From Lama glama (taxonomy: Eukaryota), in contig CM052830.1 of the NCBI GenBank assembly GCA_028534125.1, positions 10,478,001 through 10,542,000 of the forward strand: a DNA stretch of 64,000 bases, given 5' to 3'. The stretch's first letter is position 1; the number at the start of each line of letters is the position of its first letter. The position numbers were made by a program, and so were the translations under genes. Below are positions 50,980 to 62,560 of the stretch, in pieces. The notes beneath the pieces were generated by a model that was not told the origin of the DNA, ran no database searches, and was given only the letters and a program-made list of their open reading frames with translations.

Positions 50980-51485
50980 ATTTCCTGAAGATGGTTGCAC
51001 CATCAGGTCTTGTTTCACACGGTCTGACAAGGTGACAGCGAGACTCCGCCATCACCAGTAGGGTCTACGTTGACGTCAGGTAGGCTTTTGGGATGGGCTC
51101 CATGAGTGAAACACAGCAGCCTTTCAAGACTGTTAGTAAAGGTGATAGGAACTCCCATCAGGCTCTCTCTCTTGAAGTGCTTGCCTTGGTAATCCAGCCA
51201 CAATCTTGTGAGGAAGCCAAGCAGGCACACAGAAGGGCCAGCTGCAGTCCAGCTGAGGTCCCTGTGGAAAGCCAACACTTCCCACCAGGCATGCGAGGGA
51301 ACAAGCCTCCAGATGACTCCTGATCCCAGCCTGGGAGCTACCCCAGCTGCACCAAGTTGAGCAGATAAACTGACTCACCAAGTCCCGCCCACACTGCAGT
51401 TCTCTGAGCAAAACAGATGTTGTCATTGTGTCAAGACACCACATTTAGGGGAGGTTTGTTACACAGCAGTAGGAAAATGGAAATG
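50980..51485 (+). mobile_element. MaLR MLT1E/F-like LTR inside an L2
   Basis: 'tgtgaggaagccaagc', 'gcctccagatgactcc', 'ggtttgttacacagcagtag'. Confidence 0.75.
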
Positions 51486-51679
51486 TATCACTCTCTTGCT
51501 TGAAACCTTCCAGTGATTTCCCAGTGCTATGTGAAGAAAATCCAACATCCTTACCCTGGTCCACAAAATTGTGTGTGATCTAGCCCAGGACAGTGTCTCC
51601 CATCTCATCACTGCACTGCAGATGCATGCTCCTTTCTCTCCGTGGGATCCGCTAAGCTTGTCCCAAGCCAGTATGTTAA

Positions 51680-51972
51680 GAGATAATTCAAGTTAAATGA
51701 GCTCTGAAGTGTGAAGTCCTAATCCAATAGGACTGGTGATCTTATAAGAAGAGGTGTGCATGCATGTCCATGCACCAAGAAGAGGCCACGTGATCACACA
51801 GGGAGATAGATGGTGGCCACTTGCAAGCCAGGAAGAGCGCTCTTACCAGGAACCAAATTGGCTGACGCCTTGATCTTGGACTTCTCAGCCTCCAGAACTG
51901 TGAGAAACAAATATGTTTTTTTAAGCCACCCAGACTATGGTATTTGTTACAACAGCCTGAGCTGACTAAGAC
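51680..51972 (+). mobile_element. MaLR MLT1A/B-like LTR (3' part)
   Basis: 'ccttgatcttggacttctcagcctccagaactgtgagaaa', 'gctgactaagaca'. Confidence 0.85.
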
Positions 51973-52570
51973 ATCAGGTGAGTGTAATGAAGGAAAAGAG
52001 AGCCAAGGGAGTTAAAGAGAATAGCGCAAGAGAAAGGTTATGACCGCAGACCGCGGAAACTAGATTAGGTGAGAAGTGAGGATGAGGGTGGAGGCTAATG
52101 CAACTGTTGAATATAGTAAAAATCAATGAATTATAAATCAAAATTGACCTTAGGGTCTACAGAGTCTGGTACTCAAGGGATACAAGTGGAAAAATAGTTG
52201 ATGATCAGAATGTGAGGGGTTTTCAGTAAGATCATAGAGGTGGTATCGTCATTGATAGTGCCCGAGTCTAGGGTATGACCAAGGAACTGGGAAACTCGAT
52301 TATTCAAGGAAAGATATCCAAGAAACTAAAATCCCAGAGTGTTAAGAAGATTGTCTTCATGAATAATGAAATAATGAAGGATTACAGTGCCTGTTGTAGT
52401 TACAGTAACTGTTAAAGAGGTGGCCATAAGCCCTGTGTTTGTATCTTCAAATAATGAAGGGAATCCTCTCTCTTTAAGGGAGAAGGAAAGTACAGAAAGT
52501 GTCAATGAGAACTATCTAGACATTGTAGACATAGATACAGATACATCCTCCTTAGTGGACATGTTATCTC

Positions 52571-52603
<33 letters not shown>

Positions 52604-53044
52604 AAGGAGGGTGTCTAGCTATCCTTAGATATACCTAAGGCAATATATAGGACACCAGAATATATATATTTCCACCTCCAGGTGCAGAAGTACAAGGGAG
52701 GGGAGAGAAAGTAGCCAGGTGGGTTGAGAGATCCTCAGAGAAATCTGAGTCCATAGATAGCCAAGCTCATTTGGAACAAATATAAAGGGCACCTTAAAAG
52801 GAGAGGCTGAAAATAAGGAAGACTTTGCTAACGGCTGCCTTGAGCTCCAGAAGCACAGAGGAAGGGGGTCAGGAGTTGGGGGTGGCAATGGGGTCAGACA
52901 GGGGCGTGTGTAGCACTTTATGGGCATTAGAATCTAGATAATGGGGAACCACCTGGGAGTCTTGAAATTCTTATGATAGCTGCTTTGTAACAGGAAAGGG
53001 GACGTTATGAAATTAGTCACAAGTATGACTGTGTTTGACTCTGA

Positions 53045-53462
53045 TCCCAGTTCCATTCTCTGCCTTTCTCTGTGTCTTGAGAGTCTAGCTTCTTTGCAGG
53101 TTTCACAGTTAAGGCTACTGTGTCCTCTGAATTCCACTGGCCAAAGCCCCTGGGGAGATCTGGCAGGAGATCAGAAGGCAGGAGGGGAGACAGGTCAGCC
53201 TTTTCCCTCTGCTTCCTTCTCGCTTCTTCCAGTTCTGACAATGGCTGCATCCCTTTAAGTTCCAGCTCTGCGGCAGCCCCTCTTCTAGGCTTCAGCTCAT
53301 GCTGGTCAAGGGTGGGTGATTCCTTCTGCCTACGCTAGTCCCTTGGTAATCACCATCCTTCTTGGTTCTCACATCTCTGTCCATACCTCAGCCAACAGCC
53401 CCTTCGTGAACTTTCTCCAGTTGAGTGACCCATTTGATTCATGCCTGGACCCTGGTGATCTT
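53045..53462 (+). mobile_element. ERVL LTR33-like element
   Basis: 'tggcaggagatcagaaggcaggagg', 'tggctgcatccct', 'ggaccctggtgat'. Confidence 0.55.
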
Positions 53463-53472
53463 CCCCTCTAAC

Positions 53473-53602
53473 TAGGTTACCATATTTCTGGGTGTGACCA
53501 GTACAGTTCTGATTTACATGATTTATACCAGTGTAATCCTTAACAGCGTATCCTTTTATTCTCGAAAGTATTCTAGTTTTGATACAGGATATAGTCATCC
53601 TA
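53473..53602 (+). mobile_element. MER94-like MITE
   Basis: Terminal 'taggttaccata...tagtcatccta' and internal 'ttttattctcgaaagt'. Confidence 0.6.
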
Positions 53603-53974
53603 CCCCCTGGTCCCCTGGTTCCATTTGCTATGGTCCTAAGTACCAGTGAATCTGAATCTCCAGGCAACCTTCCCTCTGTCTGGTGTCTTCTTGGTCTTTG
53701 ACAGTCTTCCCTGTGAACTGAGAGGCTGGGTATCTAGGGAAGGAGGAGGAAAGGAAGAGCACAATCTGGTCTTCATTTTCATTCTCCAACACTCTAGGCT
53801 AAAAGCAAATGACAAAACAGAACTCATCTTGTTTATGGTTCACAGTTTTCAGTGATTAATCATGTACAATGAAGGAACACTTCCCTAGGGCCACTGGCTC
53901 ATTAGCTTCTTGCTGTCCCTTATTTGAGATTCACACAAAGTCAACTCTGAGAGCTGCACAGGTGAACTGAGAAG

Positions 53975-54150
53975 TGTCGTGTGACTTTGCAACCTTGAGC
54001 AAGTTAAGCTCTCTTGGCCTTGATTTTCTTGTCTGTGAATGGGAGGATTAATAGTACTTACCTAACAGGGTGACTGTGATTACATGAGTAAAAGTATGAA
54101 GACGTAAAAAAAGTTTCTGGCACATAGTAAGCTCTATGCAATGATAACTC
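53975..54150 (+). mobile_element. MIR
   Basis: 'accttgagcaagttaa...ttcttgtctgtgaatggg...ctggcacatagtaagc'. Confidence 0.75.
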
Positions 54151-54152
54151 CA

Positions 54153-54153
<1 letters not shown>

Positions 54154-54193
<40 letters not shown>
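54154..54193 (+). repeat. (CA)n microsatellite, ~20 units
   Basis: Perfect CA run. Confidence 0.95.
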
Positions 54194-54195
<2 letters not shown>

Positions 54196-54594
54196 TTGAG
54201 AAGGTGTCTATAGGGATGGGGATTAACATGTGTAGCAGACAGGAGAGAATGACTTTGATTTGCTGAGGAACACAGACCTGGGGCACTGATGCAGTATTAT
54301 GTTACAGATCACTGTAGTTTGTTGAAACAAGGGGCCATTTCCTGCCTGGAGAGAGCGTGCATTTCTAGGAAAAGGGAGAAAAAGAAATCTGTGCTTCCTT
54401 TAATTTGAATCTCTTCAGAGCAATCTACCTTCGAGCTCCCAGAGAGCAGTCACCCTGGGAAATGTGGGACAGTTTCTAACAACCTGTACCTATTTCTGGT
54501 TTTTGTTCATGCCAACAAGGCAAATGAAATCAGCATTTATTTTTATGATCTGTCATAAACTCTGAGCGTGAGGTGGTAGGGAAGAAGGGTGGAT

Positions 54595-55200
54595 CAGTGT
54601 GGGTCCAACTCTAGGACAGGCACTATGAAGTAATTTAGACAGAGGAAATGTAATAGAAGTCATCATCAAGCTATGATAGGAGAGGAACAGTAAAGACAGA
54701 AAACTCTACAGGGTGCCCTGGGGCTGAGGGAGAGTACTCCAAGGAGGACAAACGTGGAAGAGGTTCCAATCTTACTGGAGAACGTAGCCATCTGAATGGC
54801 AGAGATGCTCGCTGGCTGGTCCACAGTCCCTGGAAACCAGGAAGAGTCTGCGGTGGGCCCACACATAGGAGGAGCCACCGTTCCTCTTTGAGGTGCACAG
54901 TCTGGAGTGTATGGTTTCTGCATCAGGAAGGCAGAAAACAAACTCTGGGGAACTGGTGAGCAGAGGCTGGCAATGGACATGCAGACATAGCTGAGGGGCT
55001 GCTACAGAGGCAAGGCCTGGAGCACACTGTGTCTGAGTTGGTAGCTCCTTGGGAAACAGGTCACTGAGGCTAGTGAACATCTATGCAAGATACAGAGGGG
55101 AGCTGGAAAGGCGTCTCCCTTCAGGTACCTAAAACATCGTGTGTATGGCTTGGGCTGGTCCAGATCCCGGTGGGACCACAGGATCATTACGTCAATTCTG
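54595..55200 (-). mobile_element. Old Gypsy-like/ERVL LTR (family uncertain)
   Basis: 'ctctacagggtgccctggggctgagggagagtactccaagg'. Start resembles that of the 46654 element. Confidence 0.4.
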
Positions 55201-55850
55201 CAGGTATTAAGAGACAGCTTTTACTCTCTTATTTATCTATCAGATGAACCAGCCTAATTTCTGACACCTGTCCCTTCTACAGCATTGCAATCCTGGCCAC
55301 ACAGACTAAAAACTCTCCTTGGACACTGTCTGTGGCAATATTCCAGATGTAATCATCCTGGTAAGGGATACAGCAAAAGAAGTACTTCCTGTTCCTGGCA
55401 CCCTATAGAACAGTTTCACGGGATTTTGTCAGCTTTTTGAGCAGTTGTACAACGATTATATTTAAGTTAATGCTCTGTGCCCCAAGCAATAACCACTCGT
55501 GTGTGGTGTATAATTGACCTCACCTAGAGTTACTACAGAGGATATATACTCTTTCGAGCTATCAGGAAGTCTGTTTTGCATTTTCATAATCACAATAGGA
55601 AGGACTAGAAAATGTATCCTGGGGTAGCATTTCTGTGAGTGACAGGCATTTTCTGTCTCATTACGAGGAGGGGTCATTAGATAATCTTCTGATGGCACTG
55701 GGTAAATCTGTTTCTTGAAACTGTTCTCCTGGGATAAACAGATAAAGTCGTCATTTTGTTCACTGTGGTGTCTCTAACCCTCAAAATGACTGATGGGCCA
55801 TAATGGCATTCCATGGGGATGGACTGCATCAACCGTGGGGTTGGCTTTTG

Positions 55851-55864
55851 GTTTCCTTAGCAAC
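55851..55864. promoter_or_regulatory. RFX X-box motif
   Basis: GTTTCCTTAGCAAC in apparently unique sequence. Confidence 0.35.
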
Positions 55865-56334
55865 TCTCTCCTAGGGACACCATGGCAGCCACATTTATTC
55901 AAAGTTAGGATTCTAAAAAAAAAAAGAAAAAAAAAGAAATGACAGTATTTCAATTGAGATTTTCTACACCGAAATTAACTTTGCTCAAGAGAGGTGCATT
56001 TTGCATCACTGTCATTTTTTAGTTTGTGTGTTATTTCTCATTAGAATAGCAAATTCTGCCCTAAGAGGAGAGTTGGCTGGGAGAGGAGAGCGCTGAGGGT
56101 CCAGGAGATTAGAAAGGCTTTAATAACCCAAGTCCCAGAGAGGAAGTGCTTTTCTCTTAGCTCCATTTTCCAATATAGCCCCGAGGGGAACTAATTTAGA
56201 ATCTAAGCAAGCCCGTCAAATACATGGTCTCCTTAGTGCCGCGTTATTCAATCCAAGTAGAAGTAACTTAGTCTTTCCCATTGTTTTTAGAGAAAAGCTG
56301 ATCTCTGCGTGAGGTTTATTATCATTTTCTAAAG

Positions 56335-56545
56335 CAGGGTTTCTCAGGCTTGGCACCATTCGCATTTTGGGCTGCGTAGTTCTTTGTTGTGGGAGCCTGC
56401 CTTATGTACTGTGGGATCTTTAGTGGAATACCGGGTCTCTGCCTAATAGACGCTAGCAGTTCCCCTCGCCCATTAGAGCAGTCAAAAACCTCCAGACATT
56501 GCCAAATATTTCATAGGGGGGCGAGGCCCTCGTTGAGATCTATTG
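56335..56545 (+). mobile_element. MER20 MITE
   Basis: 'cagggtttctca...ttggcaccatt...ttctttgttgtggg...ctccagacattgccaaat'. Confidence 0.85.
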
Positions 56546-57273
56546 TCCAAAAGAAAAGTGTCATGTGATCCCATGAATAACTTACTCTCATTCTACCTTT
56601 ATTGGTCCTCACTTGGCAGCTTCTTAAACTTATGCTGCAAGCACTTGAAAACCCATGCCTGGAATGACCATTAAAGGCAGCCATGTTGCATTTACTCGGC
56701 ATTTTGTAAGTATTTATCAGTATAACATCATTGCCCTGGTTAGCTATGAGAAGAGATGATCTGATCTGTTATCTGGTCTCAGTATTTCTCATCTCTGTCA
56801 TACCTACTCACATCATACCCCGTATTTCTTATAAACGTTTGTGTGTCAGATGAAAAGGACTAACACCCAGCTATGAAAACTGAAAGAATAATAAAATAAG
56901 ATGAGAGAAGGAGCCATGGAGGAGTCTACTATGAATTTCACAGGGCACAGTTTTATAGAATATCGATCCTACTTGGCCCTGCAATTAACCACAAAATTAA
57001 ACACATCTGGGGGGAAAATTTATGTAACATGCTTGAGCCCTAGACGGCAACTAGTATTTTTTTTCCAACAAAATGTAATAGCAAAACTTCTAAATCAATA
57101 AAAGAGTATGTGCAGTCACACTTCTATATGACCAAACTACATTTTTAGAACAAAGATATTGCTCTGTACATCCTATAGATGGAGAAACAGTGTTGTCTGA
57201 TCTCAAAAAAAACGTTAGGGTTATCAAAGGTTTTCCTAGGTCCTCTGCAATGCACGTAGAATTGACATGTGCT

Positions 57274-57716
57274 ATTCCATTTGCAGCAACATGCATGAAC
57301 CTAGAGATTATCGTTATTAAGTGAAGTAAGTCAGACAAAGACAAATCTCATATGATATCACTTATACGTGGAATCTAAAAAAAGATACAAATTTTATTTA
57401 CAAGGCCAAAATAGACTCACAGACATAGAAAACAAACTATGGTTACCATAGGGGAAAGGGCGGGGGGAGGGATAAATTAGGAGGTTGGGATTAACAGATA
57501 CAAATTACTATATATAAAATAGACAAACAACAAGGAGCTACTCTATAGCATAGGGAACTATATTCAATTTTTTGTAATAACAGATAATGGAAAAGAATCT
57601 GAAAAGAAAGAATATGTATGTATGTATAAGTAAAACTGAATCACTTTGCTGTACACTTGAAACTAACATTGTAAATCAATTACTCTTCAATAAACATCAA
57701 TTAAAAAATTTAAAAA
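57274..57716 (+). mobile_element. Camelid/artiodactyl L1 3' end
   Basis: 'ccatttgcagcaacatg...aagtgaagtaagtcagaca'. 16-bp TSD agaattgac(a/c)tgtgct (57258-57273 / 57717-57732). Confidence 0.9.
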
Positions 57717-57899
57717 AGAATTGACCTGTGCTGGGATTGAGGTAGCACTTAAACAATTTAATATGAAGAAGCATCAGTGTCCACCATCATATACCCTGGC
57801 ACGTATTCAGTAGTTGTTTATTGGTTGTGTTGGGATGGGTTTTAATCTTAGGGCGAAGCCTCTATGTGACAAAGGAGAAGGAAAAGACCATGGATTTTT

Positions 57900-58085
57900 G
57901 TATCTGGTTGACTTGAGTTTTAAATCCAACCTTGGCTAGTTGATTCCAGGCACTTTATGTAGCCATTCTGAGCTTCAGTTTCCTTGTCTGTAAAGTAAGT
58001 GTATAATACAGCTGTCACAGGGTCATTGCAGGAATTAGAGAGAATGCACATGAAGCCCTGAACAGAATATCTGGCCAGAGGATGA
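57900..58085 (+). mobile_element. MIR
   Basis: 'tctgagcttcagtttccttgtctgtaaa'. Confidence 0.7.
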
Positions 58086-59680
58086 GCCACTTCCCTGTGG
58101 GATAGTTACTCCATGCTGACAAGATTTCTGACACACACGGCCTCAGGCTAACACATCTAATGCAGTGCCCAGAGTCCCTTCCCCAAGATCCAAGCCTTCC
58201 TGATTTTTTGCACAACAAAAGATTACTGTCTATATAAAGAGTTTCCAAATGACAATGTCAGCCTAGCTGGGAGCCTGTTGAAACACTGGTGCCTGGTTCA
58301 TGTCCTAGAGATTCTGATTTTGTGGTCCACTTGAGGACTTAGAACCTGAGCTTTAGAAACCTTCCCAGGAGCTGGCAATGTGCTACTTCTCAATCCAACT
58401 CATCAGCTGGCCCACTCTTCTGCATGTATATGATATTATACTTCCATAAATGTTTACTTAAAAGTAAAATATCTCCCCAGGTGATTCTAAGGCACACCCA
58501 GGTTTGAGAGCCACTAGTTTATATCTCATACAAACCACATCTAAAAATCAAAAATGATAAATACGATTTTTTTTCATCATGGATGAAAGAATTTTTTGGA
58601 CCAATGTGCTTGACCAATGGAAGAGTCACTTCTCGGAGTTGCAGCAAAATAGATCTCAGCAACATATACAGAACATCTAGTTCGAGGTTTTCATTTCATA
58701 GGTGAGAAAACTGAGAGCCAGGAAAGGGACCTGATTTCCACTGGTGGCCAGTGAGAAGCAGGCAAAGTACACAGGTGTCCTGATGACCATTCCTTCCTGC
58801 TTCTGGAAAATGTAAGTCACCTGTGAAAAGGTATCCACATTTCAAACACAATACTAGATGCACAACAGTGTTGGCCTTGGTTACCAGATATCTCACTGCT
58901 GATGGAGAGCTTTGAACAGGGCTAAATGCCTGGAGCTAAAATAATGAATCTTGCCTTCTTTTCAGCATCTGATGTTAACTCACACCCTTTTCTCCTCTTA
59001 AAACTTCAAGGAATAGACAGTCACAAGAATAAAGTGCTTTCACATTTCTACCAAAGCACTTTCCTTTATGGAAACTGTCTTCCTGAAATCAGAGTAAGAC
59101 CCCTCAGTTGCTCAGCCCTCAGGGAGCCTCAAACACTGAGAACGTGGAAAATGGACCACTAATTGCTCTTGTTTCTGCTGCTGCTCAACTAGAAATTAAA
59201 AGCATTAATACTGTTGAGCCAAAGATTGCAGATTGTGTACAAAGTGACATACTTCTATTTTTCTTCTTGTCAAGAGTGGTTAATTTCCCCCTGGGGAACT
59301 CTAACTGTGCACTCTTTTATCCAGCATTGAAAAAGGGAAAGAAATTGCATATTTTAAGCTTGGTAAGGATGGTATTTATTTGTAATTTCACTTAGGAAAT
59401 GAATCAGTTAAGACTTACGCAAAAATGTCAATATGTCTAAACACGGGGTGTCCAGAGGCAATTGCTGTAATTTTGAGTAGTGTTTTAGTTTCCAATTTGC
59501 TACTTTATTTACCTATTTCAGTTCTGGATAAATACAGTTAAGCTAAGTTCACAATACTATGAGAATATTTCTCCCTGTGATGATGAACAAAAAAAAAAAA
59601 CCAGATAGAGATGGACTGTCAGTGTCTTAGCGAGTGAACAGATAAAATGTTGGTCTTAATCAGATAAAATCCTGGGATTT

Positions 59681-59751
59681 TTTAAAAATTGAAGTATAGT
59701 CTGTTTACAATGTGACATCAATTTCTGATATACAGCACACTGTTTCAGTCA

Positions 59752-59784
<33 letters not shown>

Positions 59785-60557
59785 ATCTTTTCATACTCTT
59801 TTTCACTATAGGTTACTATGAGGTACTGAATATAGTTTGCTATGCTATACAGTGGAAACTTGTTTATCTATTTTATATATAGTAATTAGTATCTGCAAAT
59901 CTCAAACTCCTATTTTTATCCCTTCCCACCCTATTTCTGCCTGGTAACTGTGGGTTTGTTTTCTATGTCTGTGAGTCTATTTCTGTTTTATAAATAAGTT
60001 CATTTGTCATTATTTTTAGATGCCACATCTAATCGATAGCATATGGTATTTTTCCTTTACTTCTGGCTTACTTCACTTAGAATGATGACCTCTAGGTGCA
60101 TCGATCTTGCTGTAAATGGCATTATTTCATCCTTTTTAATGGCTGAGTAGGATTCCATTGTAGAAATATACCACCTCTTCTTTATCTAGCCATCTGTCAA
60201 TGGACATTTAGGTTGTTTCCATGTCTTGGCTATTGTAAATAGTGCCACTATGAACATGGGGGTGCATGTATCTTTTTGAATTAGAGTTCCCTNNNNNNNN
60301 NNNNNNNNNNNNNNNNNNNNNNNNNNNNNNNNNNNNNNNNNNNNNNNNNNNNNNNNNNNNNNNNNNNNNNNNNNNNNNNNNNNNNNNNNNNNNNNNNNNN
60401 NNNNNNNNNNNNNNNNNNNNNNNNNNNNNNNNNNNNAGCCTCTCCTGCATTTATTATCTGTGGACTTTTTGATAATGGTCATTCTGACCAATGCAAAGTG
60501 ATATTTCATTATAGTTTTGATTTGTATTGTTCTGATTATTAGTGATATTGGGCATTA
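59681..60557 (-). mobile_element. Camelid L1 3' end spanning a 144-N gap
   Basis: 'tttaggttgtttccatgtcttggctattgtaaatagtgc'. Reverse frame encodes ORF2 C-terminal 'KDTCTPMFIVALFTIAKTWKQPKCP'. TSD tgggattt (59673-59680 / 60558-60565). Confidence 0.9.
60293..60436. other. Assembly gap (144 N)
   Basis: Run of N within the L1. Confidence 1.
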
Positions 60558-61208
60558 TGGGATTTCTTTTTTAACAAATTTGATCAAATCAAACTAGTTG
60601 AAATGCTGGGAAAACAAATTACATCACTCAGGAAGGACATATTAAGAAAAAAATGCACACTGTGGGTAGGTAGATTGAGAGTAATAAGACTGAGCCCAAA
60701 GTGACATAGTAAATAAATAATTTCAGTTTGATCCTCACAATCATTCTTCAAGTTTTGAATCATGTGCCCATTTTTCAGATGAGGAAACTAAGGTGCAGAA
60801 AAGTTGCAGAGCTGTTTGAAAGCTGTACCCTTTTCCCCCACCCCTCCTTGGTGATGTTTGTTAGTGAACAACATTCATGCAGTTAGAAATATTGGTAGAG
60901 GACCTGAGGATGCAGTAATGGCTGAAAAAATACAAGTTAGGCAAGGGAGTCAGGCACCATGAGGGACAACTGGGAAGCGAGATAGATATGATGAGAGGAG
61001 GGAAAGCAACGAAAACAAAGTAACCAATGTTGTTTAGGAACAGAGACCCCTAGAAAAGCACGTATCTGTGGAATAAACAGCAGAATTCTGGGGGAAGCAC
61101 ACACTATGACCTGTACTTAATTTCATCAGTGAAAGAGCTGACTCTCTCTTAGGCACATTTTACACAGACATCACTGATATTTCACAGATATTATTTTTAT
61201 ATACTCTT

Positions 61209-61640
61209 TGTAGTAGGTTGAATGGTGCCTCCCAAAAAGATAGGTCAACATCCCCAGAATCTGTAAATGTGACCTTGTTTGGGAAAATGGTCTTTACAGA
61301 TGTAATCAAATTAAGAATCTGGAGATGAGATCACCCTGAATTACTCCTGTGGGCTCTAAATCTTACAACTAGCTTTAGAAGAGAAGACAGACATGGAGGA
61401 AGAGAAGGCCATGTGAAGACAGAGAGAGAAATTGGAGTGACACAGCCACAAGCCAAGGAACGCCTGGAGCCCCCTGGAAGAGACAAGAAGGTTCTTCTCC
61501 GAGTGTCTCAGAGGAAGTGTGACTCTGCCGACACCTTGGTTTCAGACTTCTGGCCTCCCTAAGTTTGAACGACTAAACTGGTTGTTGTAAGTCACCAAGT
61601 TTCTGGTAACTTGTTACTGCAGTCCTGGGAAACCAGTGTG
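61209..61640 (+). mobile_element. MaLR MLT1C-like LTR inserted in a MIR
   Basis: 'tgtagtaggttgaatggtg...cagccacaagccaaggaacgcctggag...acaccttggtttcagacttctggcctcc'. 5-bp TSD ctctt. Confidence 0.85.
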
Positions 61641-61958
61641 CTCTTGCGACTCCCATCTCACAGATGAAAGGACTGAGGCTTAAAATGTCAAGTAGATTGC
61701 TCAGTTGGCCTAGCTATCGAGAGGTCAAGCTGGAGCTGGAAAATGACCACAGAGACTGTTCTCAGAACCTCACACCGACGCCCCATCCTTGTCTCCAGAA
61801 ACAGGGCCAAATTCTTTGGCCAGCCAGGTGGCCCTTCTCAGTGGGGCCTAATTCACCTTTTTGGACCTGCTTTTTACCATCTTCCACCCCCATCACTCAC
61901 CCTGTATTCTATTGGACCTCTTGTAAACTAGACATTTGTAATAAAAACAGCTACCAAT

Positions 61959-62058
61959 GGTGGGGAGGCTATAGCTCCGTGGTAGAGTGCATGTTAGCAT
62001 GCACAAGGTCCTGGGTTCAACCCCCAGTATCTACATCAAAACAAACAAACAAACAAAC
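61959..62058 (+). mobile_element. Short camelid Vic-1-type SINE with (CAAA)n tail
   Basis: A-box 'tagctccgtggtagag', B-box 'gggttcaaccccc'. TSD aaacagctacca (61945-61956 / 62059-62070). Confidence 0.9.
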
Positions 62059-62069
62059 AAACAGCTACC

Positions 62070-62200
62070 AGATACTGAGTGCTTACTGTGTACCATGCAC
62101 TGTCCTAAATTCTTTATTGTATTAACTTCCCCGGAACCTATGCTTCCCATTTTACCAATGAGAGGACTAAGGCTTGCAAGATTAGCCAGCAAACATTGGA
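62070..62200 (-). mobile_element. MIR fragment
   Basis: 'tactgagtgcttactgtgtacca', 'cccattttaccaatgagaggactaaggc'. Confidence 0.7.
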
Positions 62201-62334
62201 GGTACTGGGCTCAGCTCAAAAGCCACTTCCTCCATGAAGTCTTCTGGATTTTTGTTACCACAGTGGAAAGTCCTGCCTCTTCTATGTTCCCGTGCTCCCG
62301 TACTGCTTGGATCCCACTTCTAACTCTATCATAT

Positions 62335-62560
62335 GTTTATTCCTTTAACAGGCAGCTAATGAGCAGGTCCTTTCTACCAGACACCGAATTTGGAAATGAG
62401 GAGAGGGAAAAACACACAATCCCCACCTTCAAGGAGCTCACAGCCAGGTGGGAGGAGCGGACAAGGACAGCAACGTCACAGCAGACCATGGTGAGCGTCC
62501 GGGGCAGAGCGAGGCTAAGGATGCAGTGCGAGCACCAGCGAGGAGCATCCCCCCGTAACC
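62335..62560 (-). mobile_element. L2 3' fragment
   Basis: 'tttattcctttaaca', 'ccttcaaggagctcacagccaggtggga'. Confidence 0.6.

Noticed and set aside
61959-62035. tRNA gene
   Set aside because: A/B boxes are present, but the simple-repeat tail and TSD identify a tRNA-derived SINE.
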